This document shows positions 1-9,163 of a DNA stretch of 41,656 nucleotides, piece after piece. This DNA comes from Chthoniobacteraceae bacterium. Its GTDB lineage: Bacteria; Verrucomicrobiota; Verrucomicrobiia; Chthoniobacterales; Chthoniobacteraceae. The stretch is from contig JBEBGD010000042.1 in NCBI GenBank assembly GCA_040081625.1, positions 1-41,656 of the forward strand, given 5' to 3'. Under the pieces are notes generated by a model. It made no database searches. It had not been told where the DNA came from and saw only the letters and a program-made list of their open reading frames with translations. Position numbers and translations under genes: made by a program. Within the stretch, counting starts at the first letter, position 1. Every line of letters begins with the position of its first letter.

Positions 1-2
1 GC

Positions 3-1070
3 ATTCCGCATGAGGAGTTCCAACGACTCGCCGACGACGCGGTGCGTCACGCGGTGGCGCGGCAGGAGGAAGCCGGGGCGGACATCGTCACCGATGGCGA
101 GCAGCGCCGGGACAACTTCGTGTCGTTCGTCGCCACGCGATTGGAAGGCACGTGCTTGATGACGCTGCTGGAGATGCTCGACATCATCGAGGACAAGGCG
201 GGCTTTGAGCGGCTGCTCCAGACGCTCGATGTCCCCGCGTATTCGATCAGCAACGCGACGTGCTTCGGGCGGATCTCGCGTCGGCAATCGCTGGCGGCTG
301 ATGACGCGCGCTTCTTGCAGAGCGTGACGCGAAAGCCGATCAAGGTCGCCTTGCCCGGCCCGTATATCCTCACGCGCTCAATGTGGGTGAAGGAGGCGAG
401 CGGCGCAGCCTACGGGAGCAAGGAGGAACTCGGCGCCGACATCGTGCGCGTGCTGCGCGAGGAAATTGCCGAGCTGGTGGAATTGGGCGTGGACTTCATA
501 CAGTTCGACGAACCGGTGCTCACCGAGCTGGTCTTCACGCAGGGCCAGACGCGCACCTTCATGTGCGCCGCGCTCTCAGCTCGGAAAGACCCGGCGGCGG
601 AGCTCGACTTCGCCGTGCAACTGCTGAGCAGCGTCGTGGCCGGATTCGCGGGAACCCGCTTCGGCTTGCACGTATGCCGCGGCAACTGGAGTCGCGATGA
701 GTCCACGCTTCTGCGCGGCAGCTACGATGCGCTGGCCGCGACGCTGAACCGGATGCCGGTGCAGCAACTCGTGCTCGAATACTCCACCAATCGGGCGGGC
801 GATCTCATGCGCTCTGCCGCACCCGAGCTTGGCCTCGGCGTGGTCAACCCGCGCACCGATGAGATCGAGTCCGTCGATGCGATCACGCGCCGCATCGAGC
901 GCGCGCTCGAGTTCTATCCTCCAGAGGCAATCTTCCTCAATCCCGATTGCGGCTTCTGCACCTTCGCAAATCGCCCGATGGCGCACGACGAGGTTGCAGC
1001 CGCGAAAGTCCGCGCGATCGCCGATGCCGCGCGCAAGTTCCGAGGAGCGGACGACTCTCGACGGCGCTGA
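3..1070 (+). CDS. Cobalamin-independent methionine synthase II family protein (MetE C-terminal-like), 5' truncated by window edge
   Basis: Frame is open from base 3 (IPHEEFQRLADDAVRHAV...). Motifs TDGEQRR, IQFDEP, Zn-ligand HVCRGN, LEY and NPDCGF. Confidence 0.85.
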   Translation: MPHEEFQRLADDAVRHAVARQEEAGADIVTDGEQRRDNFVSFVATRLEGTCLMTLLEMLDIIEDKAGFERLLQTLDVPAYSISNATCFGRISRRQSLAADDARFLQSVTRKPIKVALPGPYILTRSMWVKEASGAAYGSKEELGADIVRVLREEIAELVELGVDFIQFDEPVLTELVFTQGQTRTFMCAALSARKDPAAELDFAVQLLSSVVAGFAGTRFGLHVCRGNWSRDESTLLRGSYDALAATLNRMPVQQLVLEYSTNRAGDLMRSAAPELGLGVVNPRTDEIESVDAITRRIERALEFYPPEAIFLNPDCGFCTFANRPMAHDEVAAAKVRAIADAARKFRGADDSRRR

Positions 1071-1157
1071 AAAGTTCTCCCTCGCCGCGCCAACCCGTGC
1101 GAGGTCTGAGCTGTCCATGACTAGTTTCTCGACGGCGCAGATTTTCCAGCAAGGCGC

Positions 1158-2060
1158 ATGAACAAGGCGCAGGTCGCCCTCGTGACCGTGCTTGCGTTGG
1201 GCGTCGGCTACGTGGGCGGGTATTACTCGCACATCGTTCAATTCCCGGCGCGCCATCAGCACGAGGATCTCGGGGCCAGCGCGGCAACGGAGACTCCGCC
1301 GCCTTTTGTGCATCCGATCCTGGCTGAGGTGACGAAGGCGCGGGAGCTGATCGCGGCACGAAAGGAGCGCGATGCGCAGAAGCTGCTTCGCGAGCAACTC
1401 CGCATTTATCCGCAGGCGCCGGAGACGCGGACCGCTCGCGAGTTGCTCGGCGAGATCAATACGCGGCTCTTTTTCTCCGACGCGAATCTCTACGGCAAAA
1501 CCGAATACGTCGTGGAGCGTGGCGATTCGCTCGCGCGGATCGCGCGGAAGCTCAACTCGACGCCGGAGATGATCATGCGCGCGAACAGCCTCGACTCGAC
1601 GCTGATTCATCCGGGCGACCGGCTGCTCGTGCCGGATGGCGATTTCACGCTCACGATCGACCTGCCGAAGCAGCGCGTCGTTGTTCATCACGACGACGGC
1701 TTCTTCAAACAATACCCGATCCAGTCCATCGATGTGCCGGCGTCGAGCCTGCCGCAGTTTGCGACGAAGGTGACCGCGACAACCCTGTGGAAGGACGGTG
1801 AACGAGTCGCGCCCGGCAACTCGTCGCTCGATGGTGCGACTCCATGGGTTCATCTCTCGCGGACGGGTTACATTCTCTATGGCGTCTCGGAGGAGAGCGG
1901 TGTCGAGCCGGGTGGCGTGCAGATCGACGACGCGCAGCCGACCGCCGCGAATCCCGACACGCCGCCGCAAGGGATCGCGCTGCTCAGGGACGACCTGGCC
2001 GAGCTTCAACTGCTGCTCCGTCGCGGCACCCCGGTGACGATCGTCCGCGAGCGCAAGTGA
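1158..2060 (+). CDS. Membrane-anchored LysM protein with degenerate L,D-transpeptidase (YkuD-like) domain
   Basis: N-terminal hydrophobic anchor; LysM (YVVERGDSLARIARKLNSTPEMIMRANSL...IHPGDRLLVP); YkuD-like LTIDLPKQRV...KQYPI...GTPVTI. No Cys in the protein. Confidence 0.75.
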   Translation: MNKAQVALVTVLALGVGYVGGYYSHIVQFPARHQHEDLGASAATETPPPFVHPILAEVTKARELIAARKERDAQKLLREQLRIYPQAPETRTARELLGEINTRLFFSDANLYGKTEYVVERGDSLARIARKLNSTPEMIMRANSLDSTLIHPGDRLLVPDGDFTLTIDLPKQRVVVHHDDGFFKQYPIQSIDVPASSLPQFATKVTATTLWKDGERVAPGNSSLDGATPWVHLSRTGYILYGVSEESGVEPGGVQIDDAQPTAANPDTPPQGIALLRDDLAELQLLLRRGTPVTIVRERK

Positions 2061-2072
2061 GCGCGGCCCGTC

Positions 2073-2651
2073 TCAGCGACTCGATGGCTTCTTCGCCTGC
2101 GCTGCATCCAGTTGCCGTCGGAGCGTGGCGGTGATTCTCGGTAGCGCGACCATTCGCCATTCACCATCCGAGAAGCGCGCGCGCAGGACTTGAAAACTGT
2201 CCTCAGTCGCGAGGTCGCGCTCGGCGTGCGCGGCTTGATAGACCACGTAGGCGAGGCCGCGCGCCTCGGTGATCGCGTGGATCTCCACGGAGATGCGCCC
2301 GGTCTTCGCGCCGCCGGATGCTGGAGCGAGTCCGCTGTGGTAGCGCAGCCAAAAATCCCTCGGTGCGAATGCGCGCAGCGTCTTCAGATCGCCGACGTCG
2401 CGCCTGCGCCAGTAGTCTCCCCAAAATCCGCGCCACTGGACCTCGGCGAGCTTGAGGAGAATCTTCCGCTGCTCCTCGAAGGATGGGTAGTCGAGCCGCT
2501 CGCGAAACGCCACGGGGCGCCCGGAGTAGTCCCACGAGGCATACTCCTTGGTGAGTTGCTTGAGCGCGGCGAGGTCGGCATTGGTCAGCGCGAGCGCGGA
2601 GTGGACAGTCAGCGCGAAGGCGAAAGCGAGGACGAAGGCGGTCCGTTTCAT
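2073..2651 (-). CDS. Hypothetical exported protein
   Basis: ATG at 2651 gives MKRTAFVLAFAFALTVHSALA, a Sec signal with AxA site; the ORF fills the gap between two + strand genes. Confidence 0.65.
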   Translation of the reverse strand: MKRTAFVLAFAFALTVHSALALTNADLAALKQLTKEYASWDYSGRPVAFRERLDYPSFEEQRKILLKLAEVQWRGFWGDYWRRRDVGDLKTLRAFAPRDFWLRYHSGLAPASGGAKTGRISVEIHAITEARGLAYVVYQAAHAERDLATEDSFQVLRARFSDGEWRMVALPRITATLRRQLDAAQAKKPSSR

Positions 2652-2766
2652 TTGGAAGAGGTTCGCACGCATGCGCGATCGACCGCGACATTAAATGCCA
2701 GGCGGGACATCGCTGAAATTTCCCGATGCAAAGCGCGCGGAGCTGTCTAGCCTCCGCGCCTTTCCG

Positions 2767-4044
2767 ATGAACGCACCGAGCAACACGCGCGAGCTCTACG
2801 ATCGCTACGTCATTCCGACCTATGGCCGGTTCGACCTGCGATTCGCGCGCGGGCAGGGGACGGAAGTGTGGGACGAAGCCGGCAAGCGTTACCTCGATTT
2901 CGGCGCGGGCATCGCGGTCACCTCGATCGGGCACTGCCATCCGCGCGTCGTCGCGACGATGCAGCAGCAACTCGCCACGCTCGTCCATACGTCGAACCTT
3001 TATTACACGAGGCCGCAGGGCGAACTCGCGGCGCGACTCGTGCGGTTGGTCGGCGCGCCGGGGAAGATTTTCTTTTGCAACAGCGGTGCGGAGGCGAACG
3101 AGGCGCTCTACAAGCTCGCGCGGAAGTTCGGCAACGAGACGGCGCCGGGCGGGCGCCACGGCATCATCACGATGCTCGGCTCCTTTCATGGTCGGACGCT
3201 CGCCGGCATCGCGGCGACGGGACAGGAGAAGGTTAAGAAGGGTTTCGAGCCGCCGGTTTCCGGTTTCAGGCACGTGCCGTTCAACGATAGCGCGGCGCTG
3301 GCGGCCGCGGTCGATGAACCGGACACGGTCGCGGTCCTGCTCGAGCCGGTGCAAGGCGAGAGCGGCATCAAGCCCGCGGCTCCCGATTTTTTGCGGCTCG
3401 CGCGGCAGCTCTGCGATGGGCGTGGGCTGCTCCTCATGTTCGACGAAGTGCAGTGTGGCCTCGGGCGCACCGGCGACTGGCGCGGCTCGCAGACGCTCGC
3501 GCCCGACGTGATGCCCGACGCGATCTCGTGGGCCAAGGGAATCGCCGGCGGATTTCCGCTCGGTGCGATCTGGGTGAGCGACCGCGCGGTGCAACTCGCC
3601 AGCGGCGAGACGAAGCCTCTCTGCAACCTGCTCGGGCCGGGTTCGCACGGCACGACTTTCGGCGGCACGCCGCTGGTCTGCGCGGGCGCGAACGAAGTGC
3701 TCGCGGTGATCGAAGAGGAAGACCTCCTCGCGAACGCACGCACGCTCGGGCCTTACGCGAAGCAGCGGATCGAAGCGCTCGCGTCGCCGCTCATCGCGGA
3801 GGTGCGCGCCGTCGGGCTGATGCTCGGCATCGAGCTCGCGCCCGACTTCGCTGAGCGCGTGACGGCGTGTCCGGCGGCCAAGGCGCCGTGCCTCTTCGTG
3901 GTCGAGCGGCTGCATGACGCGGGGCTGCTCACGATCCCCTCGGGCACGCATGCCGTGCGCTGGCTGCCGCCGCTCAACGTGACGCGCGCGCAGATCGATG
4001 AGGCGGTCTCCATCCTCGCGGGCGTGCTGCACGACGCGGAGTAA
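2767..4044 (+). CDS. argD: Acetylornithine aminotransferase (class III PLP)
   Basis: YLDFGAGIAV, NSGAEANEA, SFHGRT, EPVQGESG, FDEVQCGLGRTG, AKG, HGTTFGG; adjacent to argF. Start taken at ATG 2767. Confidence 0.92.
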   Translation: MNAPSNTRELYDRYVIPTYGRFDLRFARGQGTEVWDEAGKRYLDFGAGIAVTSIGHCHPRVVATMQQQLATLVHTSNLYYTRPQGELAARLVRLVGAPGKIFFCNSGAEANEALYKLARKFGNETAPGGRHGIITMLGSFHGRTLAGIAATGQEKVKKGFEPPVSGFRHVPFNDSAALAAAVDEPDTVAVLLEPVQGESGIKPAAPDFLRLARQLCDGRGLLLMFDEVQCGLGRTGDWRGSQTLAPDVMPDAISWAKGIAGGFPLGAIWVSDRAVQLASGETKPLCNLLGPGSHGTTFGGTPLVCAGANEVLAVIEEEDLLANARTLGPYAKQRIEALASPLIAEVRAVGLMLGIELAPDFAERVTACPAAKAPCLFVVERLHDAGLLTIPSGTHAVRWLPPLNVTRAQIDEAVSILAGVLHDAE

Positions 4045-4072
4045 GATTAAGAAGAAGATTAAGAATAAGAAG
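4042..4072. repeat. AT-rich intergenic hexamer-like repeat TAAGATTAAGAAGAAGATTAAGAATAAGAAG
   Basis: Lies between argD and argF; same ATTAAG/TAAGAAG motif as the right arm of the hairpin at 20144-20178. Confidence 0.7.
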
Positions 4073-4082
4073 CTCCGCACCG

Positions 4083-4982
4083 ATGAACCACCTGCTCTCA
4101 CTCGAATCGCTCTCCGCCGCCGAAATCGTCAGCATCCTCGATCTCGCCGACGAGATGAAGGTCATGCGCGGCCGGCACGCGGAGCATCCGCTTCGTCATC
4201 AATGCTGGGCGATGATGTTCGCGAAATCCTCGACGCGCACCCGCGTGAGCTTCGAGGTCGGCATCCGCGAACTCGGCGGCGACGTTCTTTTCCTCGCTGC
4301 CGACGACATCCAGCTCGGGCGCGGCGAACCGATCAAGGACACCGCGCGCGTGCTCGGGCGCATGTGCCACGGCGCGGTCATCCGCACGTTTGCGCAGAGC
4401 GATGTCGAGCTGTTCGCGGAGCACAGCGGCATCCCGACCATCAACGCGCTCACCGACGAGGAGCACCCGTGTCAGGTGCTGGCCGATCTGCAGACGATCC
4501 GGGAGAAGCTCGGCGCGATCGAGGGGAAGGTCGTGACCTTCATCGGCGACGGCGCGTGCAACATGCCGGTCTCGTGGATCTGGGCGGCAGCGCGTCTTGG
4601 GTTCGAGCTGCGCATCGCCGCGCCCGTGGCGTTCCAGCCGCCGAAGGAACTCGTCGCGCGCGCCGGTGGAAAGATCGTCGTGACCGATGATCTCCAGGCG
4701 GCCGCCAGCGGGGCCGACGTGCTTTACACCGACGTGTGGGTGAGCATGGGCAAGGAGGAGGAAGCCGCGTATCGGCTCGCGCAGCTCGGCGGTTACCAGA
4801 TCGACAGCGCGCTCGTGAAGCTGGCGAACCCCGGCGCGCTCGTGATGCACTGCCTGCCCGCGTATCGCGGCAAGGAGATCACCGACGAAGTCTTCGAGCA
4901 GCACGCGCAGACGATCTTCGACGAGGCGGAGAACCGGCTCCACGCGCAGAAGGCCGTGCTGAGCCTGGTCGCGCGGCGCTAG
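4083..4982 (+). CDS. argF: Ornithine carbamoyltransferase
   Basis: [34 protein letters not shown] motifs. Confidence 0.96.
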   Translation: MNHLLSLESLSAAEIVSILDLADEMKVMRGRHAEHPLRHQCWAMMFAKSSTRTRVSFEVGIRELGGDVLFLAADDIQLGRGEPIKDTARVLGRMCHGAVIRTFAQSDVELFAEHSGIPTINALTDEEHPCQVLADLQTIREKLGAIEGKVVTFIGDGACNMPVSWIWAAARLGFELRIAAPVAFQPPKELVARAGGKIVVTDDLQAAASGADVLYTDVWVSMGKEEEAAYRLAQLGGYQIDSALVKLANPGALVMHCLPAYRGKEITDEVFEQHAQTIFDEAENRLHAQKAVLSLVARR

Positions 4983-5887
4983 CTCTTGCCCCAGTGGCGC
5001 AGCAGCGCCTCCGCCATCACCGATGGCGTCTCGGCGATCGCGATGCCCGCGGCTTTGAGCGCGTCGATCTTGCCCTGCGCCGTTCCTTTTCCACCGCTCA
5101 CGATCGCGCCCGCGTGGCCCATGCGGCGCCCGGGGGGCGCGGTCGCCCCGGCGATGAAGGCGGCGATCGGCTTCTTGCAGTTCTTCGCTGCCCATGCGGC
5201 GGCTTCCTCTTCCTTGTCGCCGCCGATTTCGCCGATCATGATGATCGCTTCGGTCTCCGGGTCGTCGTTGAAAAGCTGGAGCACATCGAGGTGCGAGGTG
5301 CCATTGACCGGATCGCCGCCGATGCCGACGCAGGTGCTCTGGCCGTAGCCGCGGCTGGTGAGCTGCCACACCGCTTCGTAGGTGAGCGTGCCGCTGCGCG
5401 AGACGACGCCGACGTTGCCGCGCTTGTGAATGTAACCGGGCGCGATGCCGATGCGGCAGCCGCCGTGCGAGTCCTTGCCGGTGCCGGGCGTGACGATGCC
5501 GGGGCAGTTTGGGCCGATGAGCCGCGTCTTCGCGCCCTGCATCCCGAGCTTTACCTTGATCATGTCATTGACCGGGATGCCCTCGGTGATGGCGACGACG
5601 AGCGCGAGCCCGGCATCGACGCACTCGAGGATCGCATCGGCTGCGAACGGTGGAGGCACGAAGACCGCGCTCGCCGTCGCTCCAGTCGCGCTCACCGCTT
5701 CGCCGACGGTGTCGAAGATCGGCACCTTGTGTGTGCCGTGATCGAAGGTCTGCCCGCCTTTTCCCGGCGTGACTCCGGCGACGACCTGCGTGCCGTAGTC
5801 GAGCGAGAGCTGCGCGTGCCGCGCGCCGAAGCTGCCGGTGATGCCTTGGATGAGAACTTTGGTTTCGGGTGTGACGAGGATGGCCAT
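4979..5887 (-). CDS. sucD: Succinyl-CoA ligase alpha subunit
   Basis: [52 protein letters not shown] (phospho-His). Start at ATG 5887; stop overlaps the argF stop (CTAG). Confidence 0.96.
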   Translation of the reverse strand: MAILVTPETKVLIQGITGSFGARHAQLSLDYGTQVVAGVTPGKGGQTFDHGTHKVPIFDTVGEAVSATGATASAVFVPPPFAADAILECVDAGLALVVAITEGIPVNDMIKVKLGMQGAKTRLIGPNCPGIVTPGTGKDSHGGCRIGIAPGYIHKRGNVGVVSRSGTLTYEAVWQLTSRGYGQSTCVGIGGDPVNGTSHLDVLQLFNDDPETEAIIMIGEIGGDKEEEAAAWAAKNCKKPIAAFIAGATAPPGRRMGHAGAIVSGGKGTAQGKIDALKAAGIAIAETPSVMAEALLRHWGKS

Positions 5888-5991
5888 GGGAAAGTGCGGG
5901 CTCCTTTGAAAGCGCGATGCTCCCGCGGTGCAACGAGCATTTGTGAGCGAACGCTGGACGCGGCGTGTGCGGACCGCTTTGCTGCGCGCCC

Positions 5992-6828
5992 ATGAAAATA
6001 TTCCGCTTTGAATCCACGACCGGCGCGACGCTTTACGGCACGGGCGAGGGTAGTGAGTTGCAGGTGCTCGCGGGCGACCTTTTCGCCGGGTTGAAGCCGA
6101 CGGGTGAGACGGCGCAGGTGAAGAGTCTGCTCGCGCCGATCGAGCCGCGCGCGATCCTGTGCGTCGGCCTGAACTACCGCCAGCACGCGGCGGAGACGGG
6201 CGCGGCGATCCCGCCATTCCCCGTGCTCTTTTTCAAAAACCCGGCGTGCGTCCAGCATCCGGGCGGCGCAATCGAGATCCCGCGTTACCTGCGCAGCGAG
6301 CAGGTCGATTACGAGTGCGAGCTCGCTGTCGTGATCGGGAAGGCCGCGAAGAACGTGCCGCGCGCGAAGGCGCTCGACCATGTGCTCGGCTACACGTGCG
6401 CGAACGATGTGAGCGCGCGCGACTGGCAGCTCGGCGGCGGCGGCAACCAGTGGAACCGCGGCAAATCCTTCGACACGTTTTGCCCGCTCGGGCCGTGTCT
6501 CGTGACGGGCGACGACATCCCGAACCCGAACGCGCTCCGCATCAGCACACGCATCGGCGACGAGGTCATGCAGGACTCGAACACTGCAGACATGATCTTC
6601 GACATCCCGACGATCATCGAATTCATGAGCGCCTCGACGACGCTGCTGCCGGGCACGGTGATCATCACCGGCACGCCGCAGGGCGTGGGCATGGCGCGCA
6701 CGCCGAAGCGCTGGCTCAAGGCCGGAGAGACGGTGACGGTCGAGATCGAGAAGATCGGCGCGCTTTCCAATCCCGTGCAGGAGGAGCAGGCGGATGGGGC
6801 CTGCAGCTTCCAACTGCCGACCGCGTAG
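5992..6828 (+). CDS. Fumarylacetoacetate hydrolase family protein
   Basis: [46 protein letters not shown]. Confidence 0.92.
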   Translation: MKIFRFESTTGATLYGTGEGSELQVLAGDLFAGLKPTGETAQVKSLLAPIEPRAILCVGLNYRQHAAETGAAIPPFPVLFFKNPACVQHPGGAIEIPRYLRSEQVDYECELAVVIGKAAKNVPRAKALDHVLGYTCANDVSARDWQLGGGGNQWNRGKSFDTFCPLGPCLVTGDDIPNPNALRISTRIGDEVMQDSNTADMIFDIPTIIEFMSASTTLLPGTVIITGTPQGVGMARTPKRWLKAGETVTVEIEKIGALSNPVQEEQADGACSFQLPTA

Positions 6829-8238
6829 ATGAACGCGGTCGAACGCGAGAACCGCCGCGAGGGCGCGCGCGACTGGCAGCTCACTCGCGTGCGGCTGGAC
6901 AAGACGACCGGCTTTCGCTCGCCGCTGATCGAGGGCTACTGCTCGCGGCAATCGGTCGCGGCAGGCGAGTCGATCGACATCATGGTGAGCGCGAACCCGG
7001 CGGCGCGGTTCACGATCGAGATATTCCGCACCGGCTACTATGGCGGGCGCGGCGCGCGGCTGATGACGAAGCTCGGGCCGTTTGACGCGAAGCCGCAGCC
7101 CGATCCGCCGGTGGGTGAGCGGCGGCTGCGCGAGTGCAAGTGGGAGCCGAGCACGACGCTGACGATCCCCGACGACTGGCCGAGCGGCGTGTATCTCGGC
7201 CGGCTCACGACGATCGCGCAGCCGTATTGGCAGAGCTACGTCGTCTTCATCGTGCGCGACGACCGGCCTGCGGACATCCTTTTCCAATGCAGCGACAACA
7301 CGTGGCAGGCCTACAACCGATGGCCCGACAAGTTCTCGCTCTACGACGACGGCGCGAAGGAATGGATGACCGGCCCCGGCGTGGACGTGAGCTTCGACCG
7401 GCCCTACGGAAAGTATCGGCAGATCTACGACAACCCGCAGAGCATCGGCAGCGGCGAATGGCTCTGCTGGGAATTCCCGCTCGCCTACTGGCTCGAGCAG
7501 CACGGCTACGACGTCAGCTATTGCTCGCAGGCCGACATGCTCGCGCCCGATCGCGCGCTGAAGTGCAGGGCGTTTCTGAGCGTCGGTCACGACGAGTATT
7601 GGGACGAGCGCTCGTATCACGCCGCGATGAAGCTGCGCGACGCGGGGGTGAACCTGATGTTTCTCTCCGGCAATTCGGTCTGCTACGTCACGCCCTTCCG
7701 CGCGAGCAGCACCGGCGCGCCGAACCGCATCATCACGCGCGGCGCGCCTTACGGCGGCTACCATCGCCAGCCCGGCAGCCGCGCGGAGCTTGCGGGCTTC
7801 ACGAGCGTCGGGCCGGACGAAGGGCTGCTCATGGGCGCGGTGAATGTCGTGCCGGTGAATGGCGGCGGCGACTGGATCTGCGTGCGACCGGAGCATTGGA
7901 TGTTCGACGGCACCGGGATGAAGAAGGGCGATCGCATCCCCGGCCTCGTCGGATGGGAATACCATGGCGCGCCTGCGGCGATCGATGGACTCGAAGTCGT
8001 CGCGGAAGGCACGGCGTGGGTCGGCGGGACGCGGTCGCAGCAGTGGACGGCGACGATTTATCCCGGGCCGAAGAAGAACTTCGTCTTCAACGCTGCGACG
8101 ATCTTTTGGTCGCAGGCGCTGAGCAAACCGCCCGGCCACATGCTGCCGTGGTCGCACTGGAGCCGGCCGCACGGCCCCGACGCGCGCGTGCAGCGGATCA
8201 TGGAGAATCTGCTTCGGCGCGCGCTCGCGGCGGCGTGA
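6829..8238 (+). CDS. N,N-dimethylformamidase beta-subunit-like (DUF6605-type) protein
   Basis: IEGY..SV..GE, RTGYYGGRGAR, W.SGVY, TWQAYN.W, VSFDRPY, WLEQHGYDVSY, SVGHDEYW, GVNLMFLSGN, LVGWEY; family recognised from memory. Confidence 0.75.
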   Translation: MNAVERENRREGARDWQLTRVRLDKTTGFRSPLIEGYCSRQSVAAGESIDIMVSANPAARFTIEIFRTGYYGGRGARLMTKLGPFDAKPQPDPPVGERRLRECKWEPSTTLTIPDDWPSGVYLGRLTTIAQPYWQSYVVFIVRDDRPADILFQCSDNTWQAYNRWPDKFSLYDDGAKEWMTGPGVDVSFDRPYGKYRQIYDNPQSIGSGEWLCWEFPLAYWLEQHGYDVSYCSQADMLAPDRALKCRAFLSVGHDEYWDERSYHAAMKLRDAGVNLMFLSGNSVCYVTPFRASSTGAPNRIITRGAPYGGYHRQPGSRAELAGFTSVGPDEGLLMGAVNVVPVNGGGDWICVRPEHWMFDGTGMKKGDRIPGLVGWEYHGAPAAIDGLEVVAEGTAWVGGTRSQQWTATIYPGPKKNFVFNAATIFWSQALSKPPGHMLPWSHWSRPHGPDARVQRIMENLLRRALAAA

Positions 8239-9163
8239 GGGAGATCAGCACATTCGCCGCCGTGATCAGCGCGCCGCCGATGACGAGGTGCGTGGTGAAG
8301 CTTTCATTCGCGTAGGCGATGCCGACCAGCGACGCGAGAACCGCGGGCAGGAAGAGCGCCAGCGCCGTCGCGAAGAGCGGCTCGGCGCAATAGACTATGC
8401 CGGCGGTGGTCGCATCCACGTGCGGCTGCCAGCGGTTCATCATCACGAAGGCGAAGATCGAGCAGACGAGCGTTGTCACGACAAAGAGCCCGAACATCGG
8501 CGCGCTCGCGATGAGCACGCTGGCGTCGGTTGGGCTTTGCATGGTGAGCAGGAAGATCGGCGCGGCGGCGAGCGCGACGGTCGCGAACATCACCATCGAC
8601 ACGCGCCCGGTGTCATTGCCGGCCCAGCCCGGACGCTCGAGCCACAGGATTTGTCCGGTGAAAAACACGGCGCCGAGCAGCGTCTCCGCTTCGCCGCGAC
8701 CGAGGCGGAGTTGCGCGAAGTCGAATCGCCCGAGGATGGCGCAGCCGGCCATGACCATCACGACGCACACGACCGTGGCGATCGACGGAAACCGCTTGTC
8801 GCGCAGCATCACATACAGCGGCACGAGCACCGCGGCGAACTGCGTGAGAAAGGCCGACGTGCTCGCCTCGGTGTGCATCAACCCATCGGCCTGCGCCAGC
8901 ATTCCAAACCCGCCGAAGATGCCGAGACCGATGCCCTGCCGCCATTCGTTCGTCTTCAACTGCACCCACGCGCGCGGGTTCACCGCCCACAGCAGCAGCG
9001 CCGCGAGCGCGAAGCGCGCGCTCATCGTGAGCGACGAGTAGAACCACGTGCTGCGCCCCGGCAGCGCCTGCTCCATGGCGGACATGAGCGCCTTGCCGCC
9101 GGGGAACGAGAATCCCCATGCCGCTGTCGCGAGCAGCAGCATGAAGATCGCGCGACCGCGCAC
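8198..9163 (-). CDS. DMT/EamA family transporter
   Basis: About 10 hydrophobic segments; WGFSFP, SARF, SAFLTQ, YCAEPLFA. GTG start directly follows the valS stop (alternative ATG 9142). Confidence 0.85.
   Translation of the reverse strand: MRGRAIFMLLLATAAWGFSFPGGKALMSAMEQALPGRSTWFYSSLTMSARFALAALLLWAVNPRAWVQLKTNEWRQGIGLGIFGGFGMLAQADGLMHTEASTSAFLTQFAAVLVPLYVMLRDKRFPSIATVVCVVMVMAGCAILGRFDFAQLRLGRGEAETLLGAVFFTGQILWLERPGWAGNDTGRVSMVMFATVALAAAPIFLLTMQSPTDASVLIASAPMFGLFVVTTLVCSIFAFVMMNRWQPHVDATTAGIVYCAEPLFATALALFLPAVLASLVGIAYANESFTTHLVIGGALITAANVLISLTPPRARAEADSP

Noticed and set aside
6413..6882. Exact 20-nt direct repeat GCGCGCGCGACTGGCAGCTC at 6413-6432 and 6863-6882
   Set aside because: Both copies encode ARDWQL inside coding regions with GC-biased codons; no sign of a mobile element, so probably coincidence.
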